A stretch of 32,000 nt of DNA from the NCBI GenBank assembly GCA_021778805.1, contig JAJYBV010000028.1, positions 1-32,000 of the forward strand, in the 5' to 3' direction. Below, piece by piece: positions 7,594-15,617 of the stretch; position 1 is the stretch's first letter; the number at the start of each line of letters is the position of its first letter. This DNA comes from Chloroflexota bacterium. Its GTDB lineage: Bacteria > Chloroflexota > Ktedonobacteria > Ktedonobacterales > JACDGC01. The position numbers and the translations under genes were made by a program. Under the pieces are notes generated by a model. The model made no database searches. It saw only the letters and a list, made by a program, of their open reading frames with translations, and was not told the DNA's origin.

Positions 7594-9353
7594 TGCGCCG
7601 GCACACTTGGCAATAAAATATGCGACGGATATTGTTGATTATGCAATATTGTCTGTTTTGCCGGTTTGCCGGATGTTTCTTCACCATATTCTCCGCCGGT
7701 GTTCAAATTGCGATCCCACCGCGGGAAATTGCTGCTGGCAATATCTACCCGTATGCGATGACCGGTTAAGAAAAGATTGCTGGTCGCCCAAAGATCGATG
7801 GTGTATTCATATACCTGCCCCGGAGTGATGAGCGATTCATTTTGCAGACCATTGCGCATACGCGCGCGAATAATGCCATCGGTTAAACTGCGCGTGAATC
7901 CATCTGGGTGAACATCGGAAAGCCTGGCAACAAAATCAGTGTCGGGCGCGTCTGAAGCGGCGTATAATGTTACCGTAATTGGGCCGGTTACTTCAACGGG
8001 TTCTTGCATTGGCTCTGATGTAAACACCAGCATATCATCTCGACGCTCCACCGGGCGTTGATCTTGCGGGCCGCCTTGAAATACCGGGTGCATCAGCAAT
8101 GCGCCGCCCAGCGTTGGGGTTGGGTTCGCGGGATCATAAATATATGTGTCGGATGGCTCATCCAATGGTTTTTCTGTAGAAAGAGAGCCATTGCCATGCA
8201 AGGTATTTGCCGAACCGCCGCTATGCAGATAATAGGGTGTTGCCACAGCCCTGGCAAGCGGCCATTCATTTTCGTAGCGCCAGGTATTTGCGCCCATCAC
8301 AAAAATCTGGACGGGTGGTTCGGCGTCTACACCGTTTGGCTCATTGCGTAAAAATCTGTTGAACCAGCGCAGTTGTAGTGAAAAGAAATCGATTTGCAAA
8401 TTAATAAATGACATTGAAGAAGCAAAGCCAAAATCTACCGCGCCAATACGTTCGCCTTGTTCGGTATGCGACCATGGGCCAATCATCAGTTTTTGCGGCG
8501 CTTTGCCGCGTTTCGTCAATTCTGTAAAATTACGGATGGTTCCCCCTAAAAAAATGTCGTTCCATCCCGCAATATGATAGGCCGGAAAATCCAGTTCATC
8601 ATAACTGCCTGCAACACCGGAAAGCTTCGTATAATCAGTATCAGCGCGCCGGCGCACACCTTCATCGAACGTATCGAAATAATCCATACTGCGGCGGCGG
8701 CCAAAGCCGGTTATGGGGGTTTCAAAATAGCCATGTGTTGGCATAGTGTCTAATTCACCGGACATTTTGCGCAGAGATAAATATGATTGCATTGGGTCAC
8801 CGGTAAGCTGTGCGCGGCGTAAATCGGTATCCATAGCGTTTTGCATCGTCCAATTGCGGGTAATGCCAAGTTCAACAGCTCCGCCGCGCATGCTGGCGCC
8901 ATCCATAGCGTCGGCCCATGTAAATGACGGGAACAGCGCTTTTAAATGCGGCGGGCGTGTTTGCGCAGCCGCCCATTGGGTAAACCCCATATACGAGGCT
9001 CCATACATTCCCACATTGCCGTTGCTTCCCGGTAACTGCGCCGCCCATTCAACAGTGTCATAGCCATCATCGCGCTCATTTAAAAACGGCGTAAAAGTTC
9101 CCTCGGAAGTAAATCTGCCCCGAACATCCTGAATTACAACGATAAAACCTTGCCGGGCTGCTATGTTGGGATTTAACATAGAGGACGCCAGCGGAAAGTC
9201 TTTTCCATATGGCATACGCATGACTATAACGGGGAATAACCCTTCACTAACCGGACGAAATATGTTTGCGCGAAGCCTAACACCATCTCGCATTTCTACA
9301 GGTACATCAAAATCAGCATGGACGGAAAATCCATTGAATGCTGCGCCACTCAT
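7590..9353 (-). CDS. CocE/NonD-family hydrolase (S15 X-Pro dipeptidyl-peptidase-like)
   Basis: 587-aa ORF. It has PVIVMRMPYGKD near the N-terminus, the nucleophile elbow GASYMG, and a C-terminal beta-sandwich region ending in NFPRWDRNLNTG, as in CocE/NonD proteins. Confidence 0.9.
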   Translation of the reverse strand: MSGAAFNGFSVHADFDVPVEMRDGVRLRANIFRPVSEGLFPVIVMRMPYGKDFPLASSMLNPNIAARQGFIVVIQDVRGRFTSEGTFTPFLNERDDGYDTVEWAAQLPGSNGNVGMYGASYMGFTQWAAAQTRPPHLKALFPSFTWADAMDGASMRGGAVELGITRNWTMQNAMDTDLRRAQLTGDPMQSYLSLRKMSGELDTMPTHGYFETPITGFGRRRSMDYFDTFDEGVRRRADTDYTKLSGVAGSYDELDFPAYHIAGWNDIFLGGTIRNFTELTKRGKAPQKLMIGPWSHTEQGERIGAVDFGFASSMSFINLQIDFFSLQLRWFNRFLRNEPNGVDAEPPVQIFVMGANTWRYENEWPLARAVATPYYLHSGGSANTLHGNGSLSTEKPLDEPSDTYIYDPANPTPTLGGALLMHPVFQGGPQDQRPVERRDDMLVFTSEPMQEPVEVTGPITVTLYAASDAPDTDFVARLSDVHPDGFTRSLTDGIIRARMRNGLQNESLITPGQVYEYTIDLWATSNLFLTGHRIRVDIASSNFPRWDRNLNTGGEYGEETSGKPAKQTILHNQQYPSHILLPSVPAQ

Positions 9354-9493
9354 CGTTACATTACCTCATTCATAACTCTAAACTTCCGATTATTGTCATC
9401 CAAATAAGCGGTCTATTATTCAGTATGATGGGAATGAACGCAAAATTGCAAGAGAAAGCAGGCATAAAAGCAATTTTTGAATAGGTTCGCTCA

Positions 9494-11431
9494 TTATGCG
9501 CCTATAGGTATTATTGCTTCCAGCGGTATACGCAGATACGCCGGTTCATGTTCCTTGGGCAGCCAATCAATCGGGCAAACAACATAGATCCTGAAAGAAC
9601 CTGCCGCAAACAGCGCTATATTTCCGAAATCAGACCGTTCTATGGCCACTATTTCACCGGCGTTCCAATACTCTGCGTCTAAGTTGGATGCGCGGGTACG
9701 GCAAAGCTGCATGCGATCTGCCGCCAGCGCAAGCTGTATGGTTGTTTGCCCAATGGGGAAAGGGTATACGGGTGTTTGAATATGCAGCTCAGATTGAAGA
9801 ATTATGCCGGTTGAAGTTTGAATAACCTCGTTTGCCGCCATCTTGATACTATTTGTAATTCCTAAAAGCTCTGCCGCATATATGGAAGCGGGATGATTAT
9901 ATACCCATTCACAAGCGCCGCTTTGAATGATTTTGCCGCGCTCTACGATAACTACATAATCTGCTAATGTGCGCATATCCTGCAGATCATGTGTTGTAAT
10001 CAAGATTGGAATATTCCAGTTGCGCCAAAGCGCGCGCAATTCTCTGCGGAGCGCGGATCGCAGCGGTAAATCCAGCGAGTTAAAGGGTTCATCCAGAAGC
10101 AGCGCATGGGGCCGGGCTGCTAATGCGCGCGCTAAGGCAACGCGCTGTGCTTCGCCTCCGGAAAGTTTGGCGGCCGGTCGGCTGGCAAGTTCGGCGGCGT
10201 GCACAATACCTAAAGCTTCTAGCGCGGTGGAATATTTTTGCGCGCGCGATCCGGCTGCGCCAAAGGCCACGTTTTGCAGTGCGGTTAAATGCTGAAATAA
10301 GCCTAATCCTTGCGGCGCATAGCCCATTTTGCGCTGCGCCGGCGGCAGGCTGTGTTTCATTGCTTGGCATACAATTTCATCGCCAATGGCAACGCTTCCC
10401 GAAGATATGGGGATAAGTCCCGCTATGCCTTTTAAGAGAGTGGTTTTGCCTGCGCCAGAAGCTCCAAGAATTACGGTAACACCGGCCGGCGCAGTAAACG
10501 TCGCATCACAGGTGAATTTGCCCTGACGAAACGTTCCGTTCACTTTTAAATCCGGTTGTGGTACCGAAAATTGCAGATGCTGCTGATTGTTTTTCGCTAT
10601 CGGCCTTTCACTTGCCGATTGCGCAACCTGAATGGATGCGGCAATTTTATCGGTTAGGATAGCGCCAAACCAAAGCGCTGTTAAAATAATAGCGCTGGCA
10701 ATCAACGCCAGCGCCGAAAGTGGCAGCGCGCCGGCAACACCGCCATAACTGCTTAGCTGCACAAATGTGTACACCGGAAGGGTATATGGGTGATATGCCA
10801 TGATCATTGTGGCGCCATATTCACCCATAGCGCGCAGCCACGAAAGCGCCAGCCCTATAATGATGGTTTGCCGAACTTGCGGCAGTTCTACCTTGCGGAA
10901 AATTTGAAAAAAATGCGCGGTTAATGTTTTTGCCGCATCGGTTTGATTGCTGTCGATAGATAAAAATGCGCTGCGCGCCGTTAATACACTAAATGGAGCC
11001 GCCACAAATATTTGGGCAAGCAATATGCCCCAAAATGTGCCGTCTATCTCCATGCCGGATCGCGCAAAATAACCGCCAATTGCGCCATATGGGCCGAAAA
11101 GTGAAAGCAATAAAATACCGCTGACTACCGGCGGAAATACTATCGGCGATACTGCCAATATGGTGATGACAGATCTGCCGTAAAATTTTTGTCTTGCCAG
11201 CATATATCCCAGCGGCACACCAAACAGCGCAATAATGCCTGCCGCTGCCGCTGATGAAAATACTGATGTTTCCAACGCCTGCCGCGCTGCAGGATCTTGC
11301 ATCGCAGAAAAAAGATCGGCAGGGGTTAAAGCAGGTATAAGATAAATGAGCGGGGCCAGCAAATAAATCATCAGTAATAGCGCCGCCGCCGCAAATAGCC
11401 AACTACCCTGTATACCCTGCCGAATGTTCAT
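9494..11431 (-). CDS. Fused ABC transporter permease + ATPase (ModB/WtpB-like TMD fused to ModC/WtpC-like NBD with C-terminal TOBE-like tail)
   Basis: The N-terminal ~280 aa form six hydrophobic helices with an EAA-type loop (DAAKTLTAHFFQIFRKVELP). These are followed by Walker A GASGAGKTT, signature LSGGEAQRV, Walker B LLLDEP, an H-loop TTHD, and an extra tail of about 120 aa. Confidence 0.9.
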   Translation of the reverse strand: MNIRQGIQGSWLFAAAALLLMIYLLAPLIYLIPALTPADLFSAMQDPAARQALETSVFSSAAAAGIIALFGVPLGYMLARQKFYGRSVITILAVSPIVFPPVVSGILLLSLFGPYGAIGGYFARSGMEIDGTFWGILLAQIFVAAPFSVLTARSAFLSIDSNQTDAAKTLTAHFFQIFRKVELPQVRQTIIIGLALSWLRAMGEYGATMIMAYHPYTLPVYTFVQLSSYGGVAGALPLSALALIASAIILTALWFGAILTDKIAASIQVAQSASERPIAKNNQQHLQFSVPQPDLKVNGTFRQGKFTCDATFTAPAGVTVILGASGAGKTTLLKGIAGLIPISSGSVAIGDEIVCQAMKHSLPPAQRKMGYAPQGLGLFQHLTALQNVAFGAAGSRAQKYSTALEALGIVHAAELASRPAAKLSGGEAQRVALARALAARPHALLLDEPFNSLDLPLRSALRRELRALWRNWNIPILITTHDLQDMRTLADYVVIVERGKIIQSGACEWVYNHPASIYAAELLGITNSIKMAANEVIQTSTGIILQSELHIQTPVYPFPIGQTTIQLALAADRMQLCRTRASNLDAEYWNAGEIVAIERSDFGNIALFAAGSFRIYVVCPIDWLPKEHEPAYLRIPLEAIIPIGA

Positions 11432-12402
11432 GAGCCTTGCGCCAACTGCACAATTTCTGGCGGCGCGCCAGACCCTACAATAGAAAGCGGCAGCAATGTT
11501 AACCCATATTGCTTCAATATAGCTGTTCCCGCTGCGCCAAGAAAATAGCGCACAAAAGCAATTGCGCCTTTTGGATCTTGCGATGTAGACGGAATGGTGA
11601 TGGTATATTCAATCGGCGCGCCTTTTGTTATTTTACCGGAAGCTGTGGTATAAGTCGCTTGGCTGTAATATGCCGCATACTGAGGGTTTCCAAAGTTGAT
11701 TTGATCGGGTAGCGTTATATATGGAATCTTCAGCGCAGTTACTTCAGAAGAGTAAAATATTCCGGCGTCGAGCTGGCCAGATTGCAGACGTGAAACCAAT
11801 TCTTCTTCGGGGAAAATCTGGGCGGTATTCTCGGCGGATCCCAATATAGCTGTGCTTAAATTTGGTTGATTGTAATATTTTTGCGCCAATTCAAACGCTA
11901 AAATAGTAAAAACACCTTTGGGGTCAATAGCGGGATCGGTGCGGCCTAAACGCAAACCAGGCTTTTCCAGTACCTGCCACCATGGAATGGATCCGCTTTG
12001 CGCGGCTTGAAACTGTGCGGCAAAGGAACTGTTTGGGTTATACCCTATTACTAAACTGGAGCTGGCAAATGGAATATACCAAGAAACATAATTGCCGTTT
12101 GCAGCCCCGGTAAGCAGCCCGTTTACTGAGGGATCTGCGCTGATAAAAATATCCGGGCGGCGCAGTTTGCCTTTAATTTCGTTAGCCAGCGCAACCGAGC
12201 CTTTCCCTTCGCCTAAATAGGTGTAATTGGCGGCTTTGGTAAATGAAGGGCCGATATTATTCTCCATCATTGTTACCAGTGAGCCGGCGTATAAAACACT
12301 AACAGAACCGAGCGGCGCTGAAGCAGTTGATGAACCACAGGAAGCAGTAAACAGCGCAAGTAAAACTGCTGCTGTAAACCCAACTATTTTCCCTAAACGC
12401 AT
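11428..12402 (-). CDS. Periplasmic-type oxyanion-binding lipoprotein, WtpA/ModA-like (tungstate/molybdate family)
   Basis: Lipobox LFTASC. The blocks VLYAGSL, GSVALANEI, PDIFISAD, DPAIDPKG and PIEYTITIP are collinear with archaeal WtpA as I remember it. The SD AAGGTGGAG lies 8 nt upstream, and the stop overlaps the next start by ATGA. Confidence 0.8.
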   Translation of the reverse strand: MRLGKIVGFTAAVLLALFTASCGSSTASAPLGSVSVLYAGSLVTMMENNIGPSFTKAANYTYLGEGKGSVALANEIKGKLRRPDIFISADPSVNGLLTGAANGNYVSWYIPFASSSLVIGYNPNSSFAAQFQAAQSGSIPWWQVLEKPGLRLGRTDPAIDPKGVFTILAFELAQKYYNQPNLSTAILGSAENTAQIFPEEELVSRLQSGQLDAGIFYSSEVTALKIPYITLPDQINFGNPQYAAYYSQATYTTASGKITKGAPIEYTITIPSTSQDPKGAIAFVRYFLGAAGTAILKQYGLTLLPLSIVGSGAPPEIVQLAQGS

Positions 12403-12479
12403 GAGATAAACTCCACCTTATTTTTTTTGAATAATTTGCCTAACCGGAAGCCAAACATAAAGAAATTTGCATTCCTTTG

Positions 12480-12566
12480 ATGATCTTTGATATTTTCATC
12501 AGGATGAAGATCAACAGAGCAGAGTATATTGAGTGCCCCATGGCGCCTGTTGTTGAACAAACACTG
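12480..12566 (-). repeat. Copy 2 of the repeated element of at least 87 nt, inside the leader of the WtpA-like operon
   Basis: Its reverse complement matches 16..102 at about 77 of 87 positions by eye. It ends about 75 nt upstream of the WtpA-like start codon, in the sense orientation. Confidence 0.85.
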
Positions 12567-12601
12567 CACGGCATATTGGGTGGTGGAAGTGGGGAAACAA
12601 G

Positions 12602-12630
12602 CCACACGATTCATCGTGTGGTGTTCGTTT
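12602..12630. terminator. Perfect 9-bp palindromic hairpin with T-rich flank (attenuator/terminator-like, direction ambiguous)
   Basis: CCACACGAT-TC-ATCGTGTGG is followed on the plus strand by TGTTCGTTT and on the minus strand by CTTGTTT. The 3' half plus T-tract (12613..12630) recurs 17/18 identical at 104..121. Confidence 0.35.
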
Positions 12631-12688
12631 CGGGTCACCTTGGCGCCTACACCGCGCCGAAGCACAAGCGCCGCCACATATCGTTTAT

Positions 12689-12697
12689 TTTATAGCA
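12689..12697 (-). promoter_or_regulatory. Extended -10 promoter candidate for the WtpA-like operon
   Basis: The minus strand reads TGCTATAAA (TGn + TATAAA). This would give a leader of about 280 nt containing the hairpin and repeat copy 2. Confidence 0.35.
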
Positions 12698-12732
12698 TAC
12701 GCCGCACGGTACACCTGAGGCAATGCAATCCG

Positions 12733-12758
12733 GTAGGGGCGACCCTTGCGGTCGCCCT
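12733..12758. repeat. REP-like element: GTAG followed by an 8-bp GC-rich hairpin
   Basis: GTAG-GGGCGACC-CTTGC-GGTCGCCC. The GTAG-plus-palindrome layout is that of REP sequences. Confidence 0.5.
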
Positions 12759-12793
12759 TGCTGCTCGGCTACCAATATTTCCCATCGAAAAAT

Positions 12794-12863
12794 AAAATAA
12801 ACGATATTTTGGGGAGGCGCCCCAAGCCCCGCGCAAGGGGCATCCGCCCCTTACGTATCCCTG
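12794..12863. repeat. 70-bp direct repeat, unit 1
   Basis: AAAATAAACGATATTTTGGGGAGGCGCCCCAAGCCCCGCGCAAGGGGCATCCGCCCCTTACGTATCCCTG. It contains alternative GCCCC/GGGGC hairpins. Confidence 0.9.
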
Positions 12864-12886
12864 TGTGTACCGTGCGGTGGTTGTTT

Positions 12887-12955
12887 AAAATAAACGATAT
12901 TTTGGGAGGCGCCCCAAGCCCCGCGCAAGGGGCATCCGCCCTTTACGTATCCCTG
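12887..12955. repeat. 70-bp direct repeat, unit 2
   Basis: Identical to unit 1 except for one G deletion and one C>T change. The period is 93 bp. Confidence 0.9.
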
Positions 12956-13038
12956 ATTACGCAAATATATCTTGTCCCTCTTTTTAAGTATACCTTTTAA
13001 ATATGAAAAATAAGTTAATGAGATTGCGTTACCATCTG

Positions 13039-13067
13039 CCAAAAACCCGGAATGATAGAGAATTCGG
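13039..13067 (-). terminator. Rho-independent terminator of rpoD
   Basis: Minus strand: CCGAAT-TCTCTATC-ATTC(C)GG hairpin followed by GTTTTTGG, about 25 nt after the stop. Confidence 0.55.
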
Positions 13068-13089
13068 TGATTTACCCCATATAGACTGA

Positions 13090-14004
13090 TTATTGCAAAC
13101 TATCCCGGTATTGGCGCAGCAACTGTGGATTCCGCAGCTTGCGCATTGCGCGATCCTCAATTTGCCGTACACGTTCGCGAGTCACTTTTAATTTTTTACC
13201 CACTTCATCCAGCGTATAATCTTGGTTATCTGTCAGACCGAAGCGCAGTTCAATGACTTGCCGTTCCCGATGGTTGAGAGAGCTGAGCATGCGGTCGATT
13301 TCTTCTCGAATAGCCTCTTGTTCGATGACATCGGTGGGAGAAGTAGTATGATCATCTTGTAGCAAATCGCCGATTGAATTTTCATCATCATTATTCGCAA
13401 TTGGGGCGTCTAATGAATATATGCGTTCAACATGTATTTTTAATTCACGCACACGTTTAGGAGTGGTTCCAATTTGCGCGGCAATTTCCGAATCGGTCGG
13501 CTCGCGATTCAGTTCTTGCGCTAAGGCAAGTGAGGCCCGGCGCACACGCATTACTTCTTCCATAATGTAAACCGGCAAGCGAACGGCGCGTCCGCCATCC
13601 AGAATAGCGCGTGAAATAGCCTGTTTTATCCACCAGTGAGCATAGGTGGAGAAGCGGAATCCCCGATCGGGATCGTATCTGGCGACGGCGCGGATCAGGC
13701 CAATATTGCCTTCGCTGATCAGGTCTTCTAAATCTAGTCCCTGCCCAACAAACTTTCGCGCAACATGCACTACGAGGCGCAAATTTGCCACAACCAAAGC
13801 ATCGCGCGCATGAATATCATTTTTGTTGCGATACTTTTGGGCTAGTGTAAATTCCTCTTCCTGAGAAAGCAAATTAATTCTGGCGATTTCTCGAAAGTAC
13901 ATCCGCAACCCATCGTTGAGCGTAATATTGGATAAATCATCATTTAAATCTAATGACTCAATATTCGTTTCTTCAGGGGAAAAATCATCATCTTGTGGAT
14001 CCAT
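13090..14004 (-). CDS. rpoD: RNA polymerase sigma-70 family factor, group 1/2 (primary-like)
   Basis: Acidic N-terminus, region 2 ([37 protein letters not shown]), region 3, and region 4.2 ([28 protein letters not shown]). GGAG lies 7 nt upstream. A TGATATATT extended -10 is at 14061..14069 (-). Confidence 0.9.
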   Translation of the reverse strand: MDPQDDDFSPEETNIESLDLNDDLSNITLNDGLRMYFREIARINLLSQEEEFTLAQKYRNKNDIHARDALVVANLRLVVHVARKFVGQGLDLEDLISEGNIGLIRAVARYDPDRGFRFSTYAHWWIKQAISRAILDGGRAVRLPVYIMEEVMRVRRASLALAQELNREPTDSEIAAQIGTTPKRVRELKIHVERIYSLDAPIANNDDENSIGDLLQDDHTTSPTDVIEQEAIREEIDRMLSSLNHRERQVIELRFGLTDNQDYTLDEVGKKLKVTRERVRQIEDRAMRKLRNPQLLRQYRDSLQ

Positions 14005-14198
14005 AAAACGCTCCAGTGCAGGGAGTAATAAATGATACGCTTAGTCTGCGTTTTTAACAGAATATATCATGCTTTGTATTGCTGAGCAGAAGAAATTTCC
14101 ATTCAATGCAAGAGTACCATAAAAATATGAGATATGGCAAAAATGTTATGGTTTTTAGGTAATAGTATCGGCGCCATATTAGGAAAAATCTATGGTAA

Positions 14199-14912
14199 TT
14201 ATTTGTTTGAATGCTCTGCATCCGGTAAAAAACATAACTGTTGGTTAGGCTCCAGCAGTGCGCGCACCGGCGCAAAAGTTTGCCGATGAATAGGCGAAGC
14301 CCCAAGAGATTGTAACGCTTGCATGTGACGCGGTACTCCATAACCTTTATTGCGGGTAAATTCATATCCGGGATAGCTATCATCTAACGCGCACATTATT
14401 GCGTCGCGGGTAACTTTGGCAATAATCGATGCGCAAGCAACCGACAAAGACCGCTGATCGCCCTTAATAAGCGGAACTTGCGGAACTGTTAAGGATGGCA
14501 GGGTAATAGCGTCGATGATAAGGGCTGCAGGGGCTGGTTTCAGCGCTGTAACTGCTTGGGTCATTGCTAATTTTGCGGCTTCCAGAATATTGATAGAGTC
14601 AATGATCTCCGGGCTGACGATACCAACAGCATATGCGAGCGCGATGTGTTTAATGCTAACGGCCAATTTTTCTCTTTGCCGTGCGGTTAATTGTTTAGAA
14701 TCATTAGCGCCGCGCAACGCTGTTTGCAGCGTATCGGAGTAATCGGGGAGCATAACAGCGCAAGCAACAACAGGGCCGGCTAAAGCGCCGCGCCCTGCTT
14801 CGTCTATGCCGGCGGCTGGGAACAGCCCATGCGAAAGCAAAAAATTTTCACACATACAGGAAGGAGCTGCGCCAAAAGGAACTTGGGCAGCGTCCAGAAC
14901 AATAACGGTCAT
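14199..14912 (-). CDS. rnhB: Ribonuclease HII
   Basis: GIDEAGRGALAGPVV active-site motif plus downstream DSKQL and ASIIAK blocks. The start is uncertain: it could be 14912 or the internal ATG at 14855, and neither has a clear SD. Confidence 0.85.
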   Translation of the reverse strand: MTVIVLDAAQVPFGAAPSCMCENFLLSHGLFPAAGIDEAGRGALAGPVVACAVMLPDYSDTLQTALRGANDSKQLTARQREKLAVSIKHIALAYAVGIVSPEIIDSINILEAAKLAMTQAVTALKPAPAALIIDAITLPSLTVPQVPLIKGDQRSLSVACASIIAKVTRDAIMCALDDSYPGYEFTRNKGYGVPRHMQALQSLGASPIHRQTFAPVRALLEPNQQLCFLPDAEHSNK

Positions 14913-14930
14913 AGAATGTAAAAGCGCGTC

Positions 14931-15278
14931 TCAGATGCGGCGTTCGCGCAATTTAGCAGATTTACCTTGTAATTTGCGCATATAATATAAATTTTTGCGG
15001 TGAACGATAGCGCGTTTTACAATTTCAATTTTGTCGATGCGCGGCGAATTTAACAAGAAAGTGCGTTCTACGCCGACGCCATGGGCAATACGCCGGACGG
15101 TAAAGCTTTTAGCGACACCAGTTCCGCGTCGTCGAATAACGTAACCTTCAAAAATTTGAATACGTTCTTTATTTCCTTCAACAACTTTTGTATGAACACG
15201 CACAGTATCACCGGAATCCAAATCAGGGCGATCTGAACGGATGAAATCTGATTCAACAGCTTTAATAAGTGGATGCAT
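14931..15278 (-). CDS. rplS: 50S ribosomal protein L19
   Basis: 115 aa with the characteristic blocks GDTVRVHTKVVEGNKERIQIFEG and SFTVRRIAHGVGVERTF. Confidence 0.95.
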   Translation of the reverse strand: MHPLIKAVESDFIRSDRPDLDSGDTVRVHTKVVEGNKERIQIFEGYVIRRRGTGVAKSFTVRRIAHGVGVERTFLLNSPRIDKIEIVKRAIVHRKNLYYMRKLQGKSAKLRERRI

Positions 15279-15375
15279 GGCAATAAATATCCTGATAGTT
15301 TAGATTTAATTGAGCAGAAAAGCCAATAACACATGCGCGGATCGGAAACCATATGGCATCCCTGAAACTGGAAAA

Positions 15376-15408
15376 GCCTATTGTGCGGGAAACACAATGG
15401 CAATAGGC
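15376..15408 (-). promoter_or_regulatory. Alternative-pairing hairpin in the rplS leader (attenuator-like)
   Basis: Minus strand: GCCTATTG CCATTGTG TTTCCCG CACAATAGGC, then TTTTCCAGTTTC. The 3' arm can pair with either upstream arm. A TGATATACT extended -10 lies at 15437..15445 (-). Confidence 0.35.
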
Positions 15409-15587
15409 GTCTGCCCCATGAAAAGTGTCTGATGGGAGTATATCACTTTGTGTTGACATTTCGCAAGCTGTTAGGGAATTATGCTTATGTATGCTTGCAA
15501 TTTTGCCAAATATATGGTACAGTAAGGAGTGAAACCGCAAGTTAGGAAAATATGCGTAATTTTTCCAATAATTTGTGGCATATCCCC

Positions 15588-15617
15588 TTGACATTTCTTC
15601 ATACCCTATGCTATAAT
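15588..15617 (+). promoter_or_regulatory. Consensus sigma70 promoter upstream of rpoB
   Basis: TTGACA (15588..15593), an 18-nt spacer ending in TGc, then TATAAT (15612..15617). Both hexamers are perfect and there is a TGn extension. It sits about 355 nt upstream of the rpoB ATG. Confidence 0.7.

Noticed and set aside
12403-12700. A Moco/Tuco riboswitch, expected upstream of a WtpA/ModA-like transporter.
   Set aside because: I could not find the conserved Moco blocks I remember (GCCUCC ... GGAAAGG context). This rejection is from memory only, and a cmscan with RF01055 is needed to be sure.
12794-12955. A CRISPR-like array, because of repeated GC-rich palindromic units.
   Set aside because: There are only two units. 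They are 70 bp long with a 23-bp spacer, and no cas genes or leader are present. They are REP/BIME-like instead.
12393-13042. Track ORFs 12393..12677(-), 12477..12695(+), 12529..12795(+), 12746..13000(+) and 12851..13042(-).
   Set aside because: They overlap one another, have no SD, and their sequences are translations of the repeats and hairpins (for example GAPSPAQGASAL from the 70-bp unit).
14054-14383. 109-aa ORF overlapping the 3' end of rnhB and the rpoD promoter region.
   Set aside because: It is out of frame with the conserved RNase HII C-terminus, and its remainder lies in AT-rich promoter sequence.
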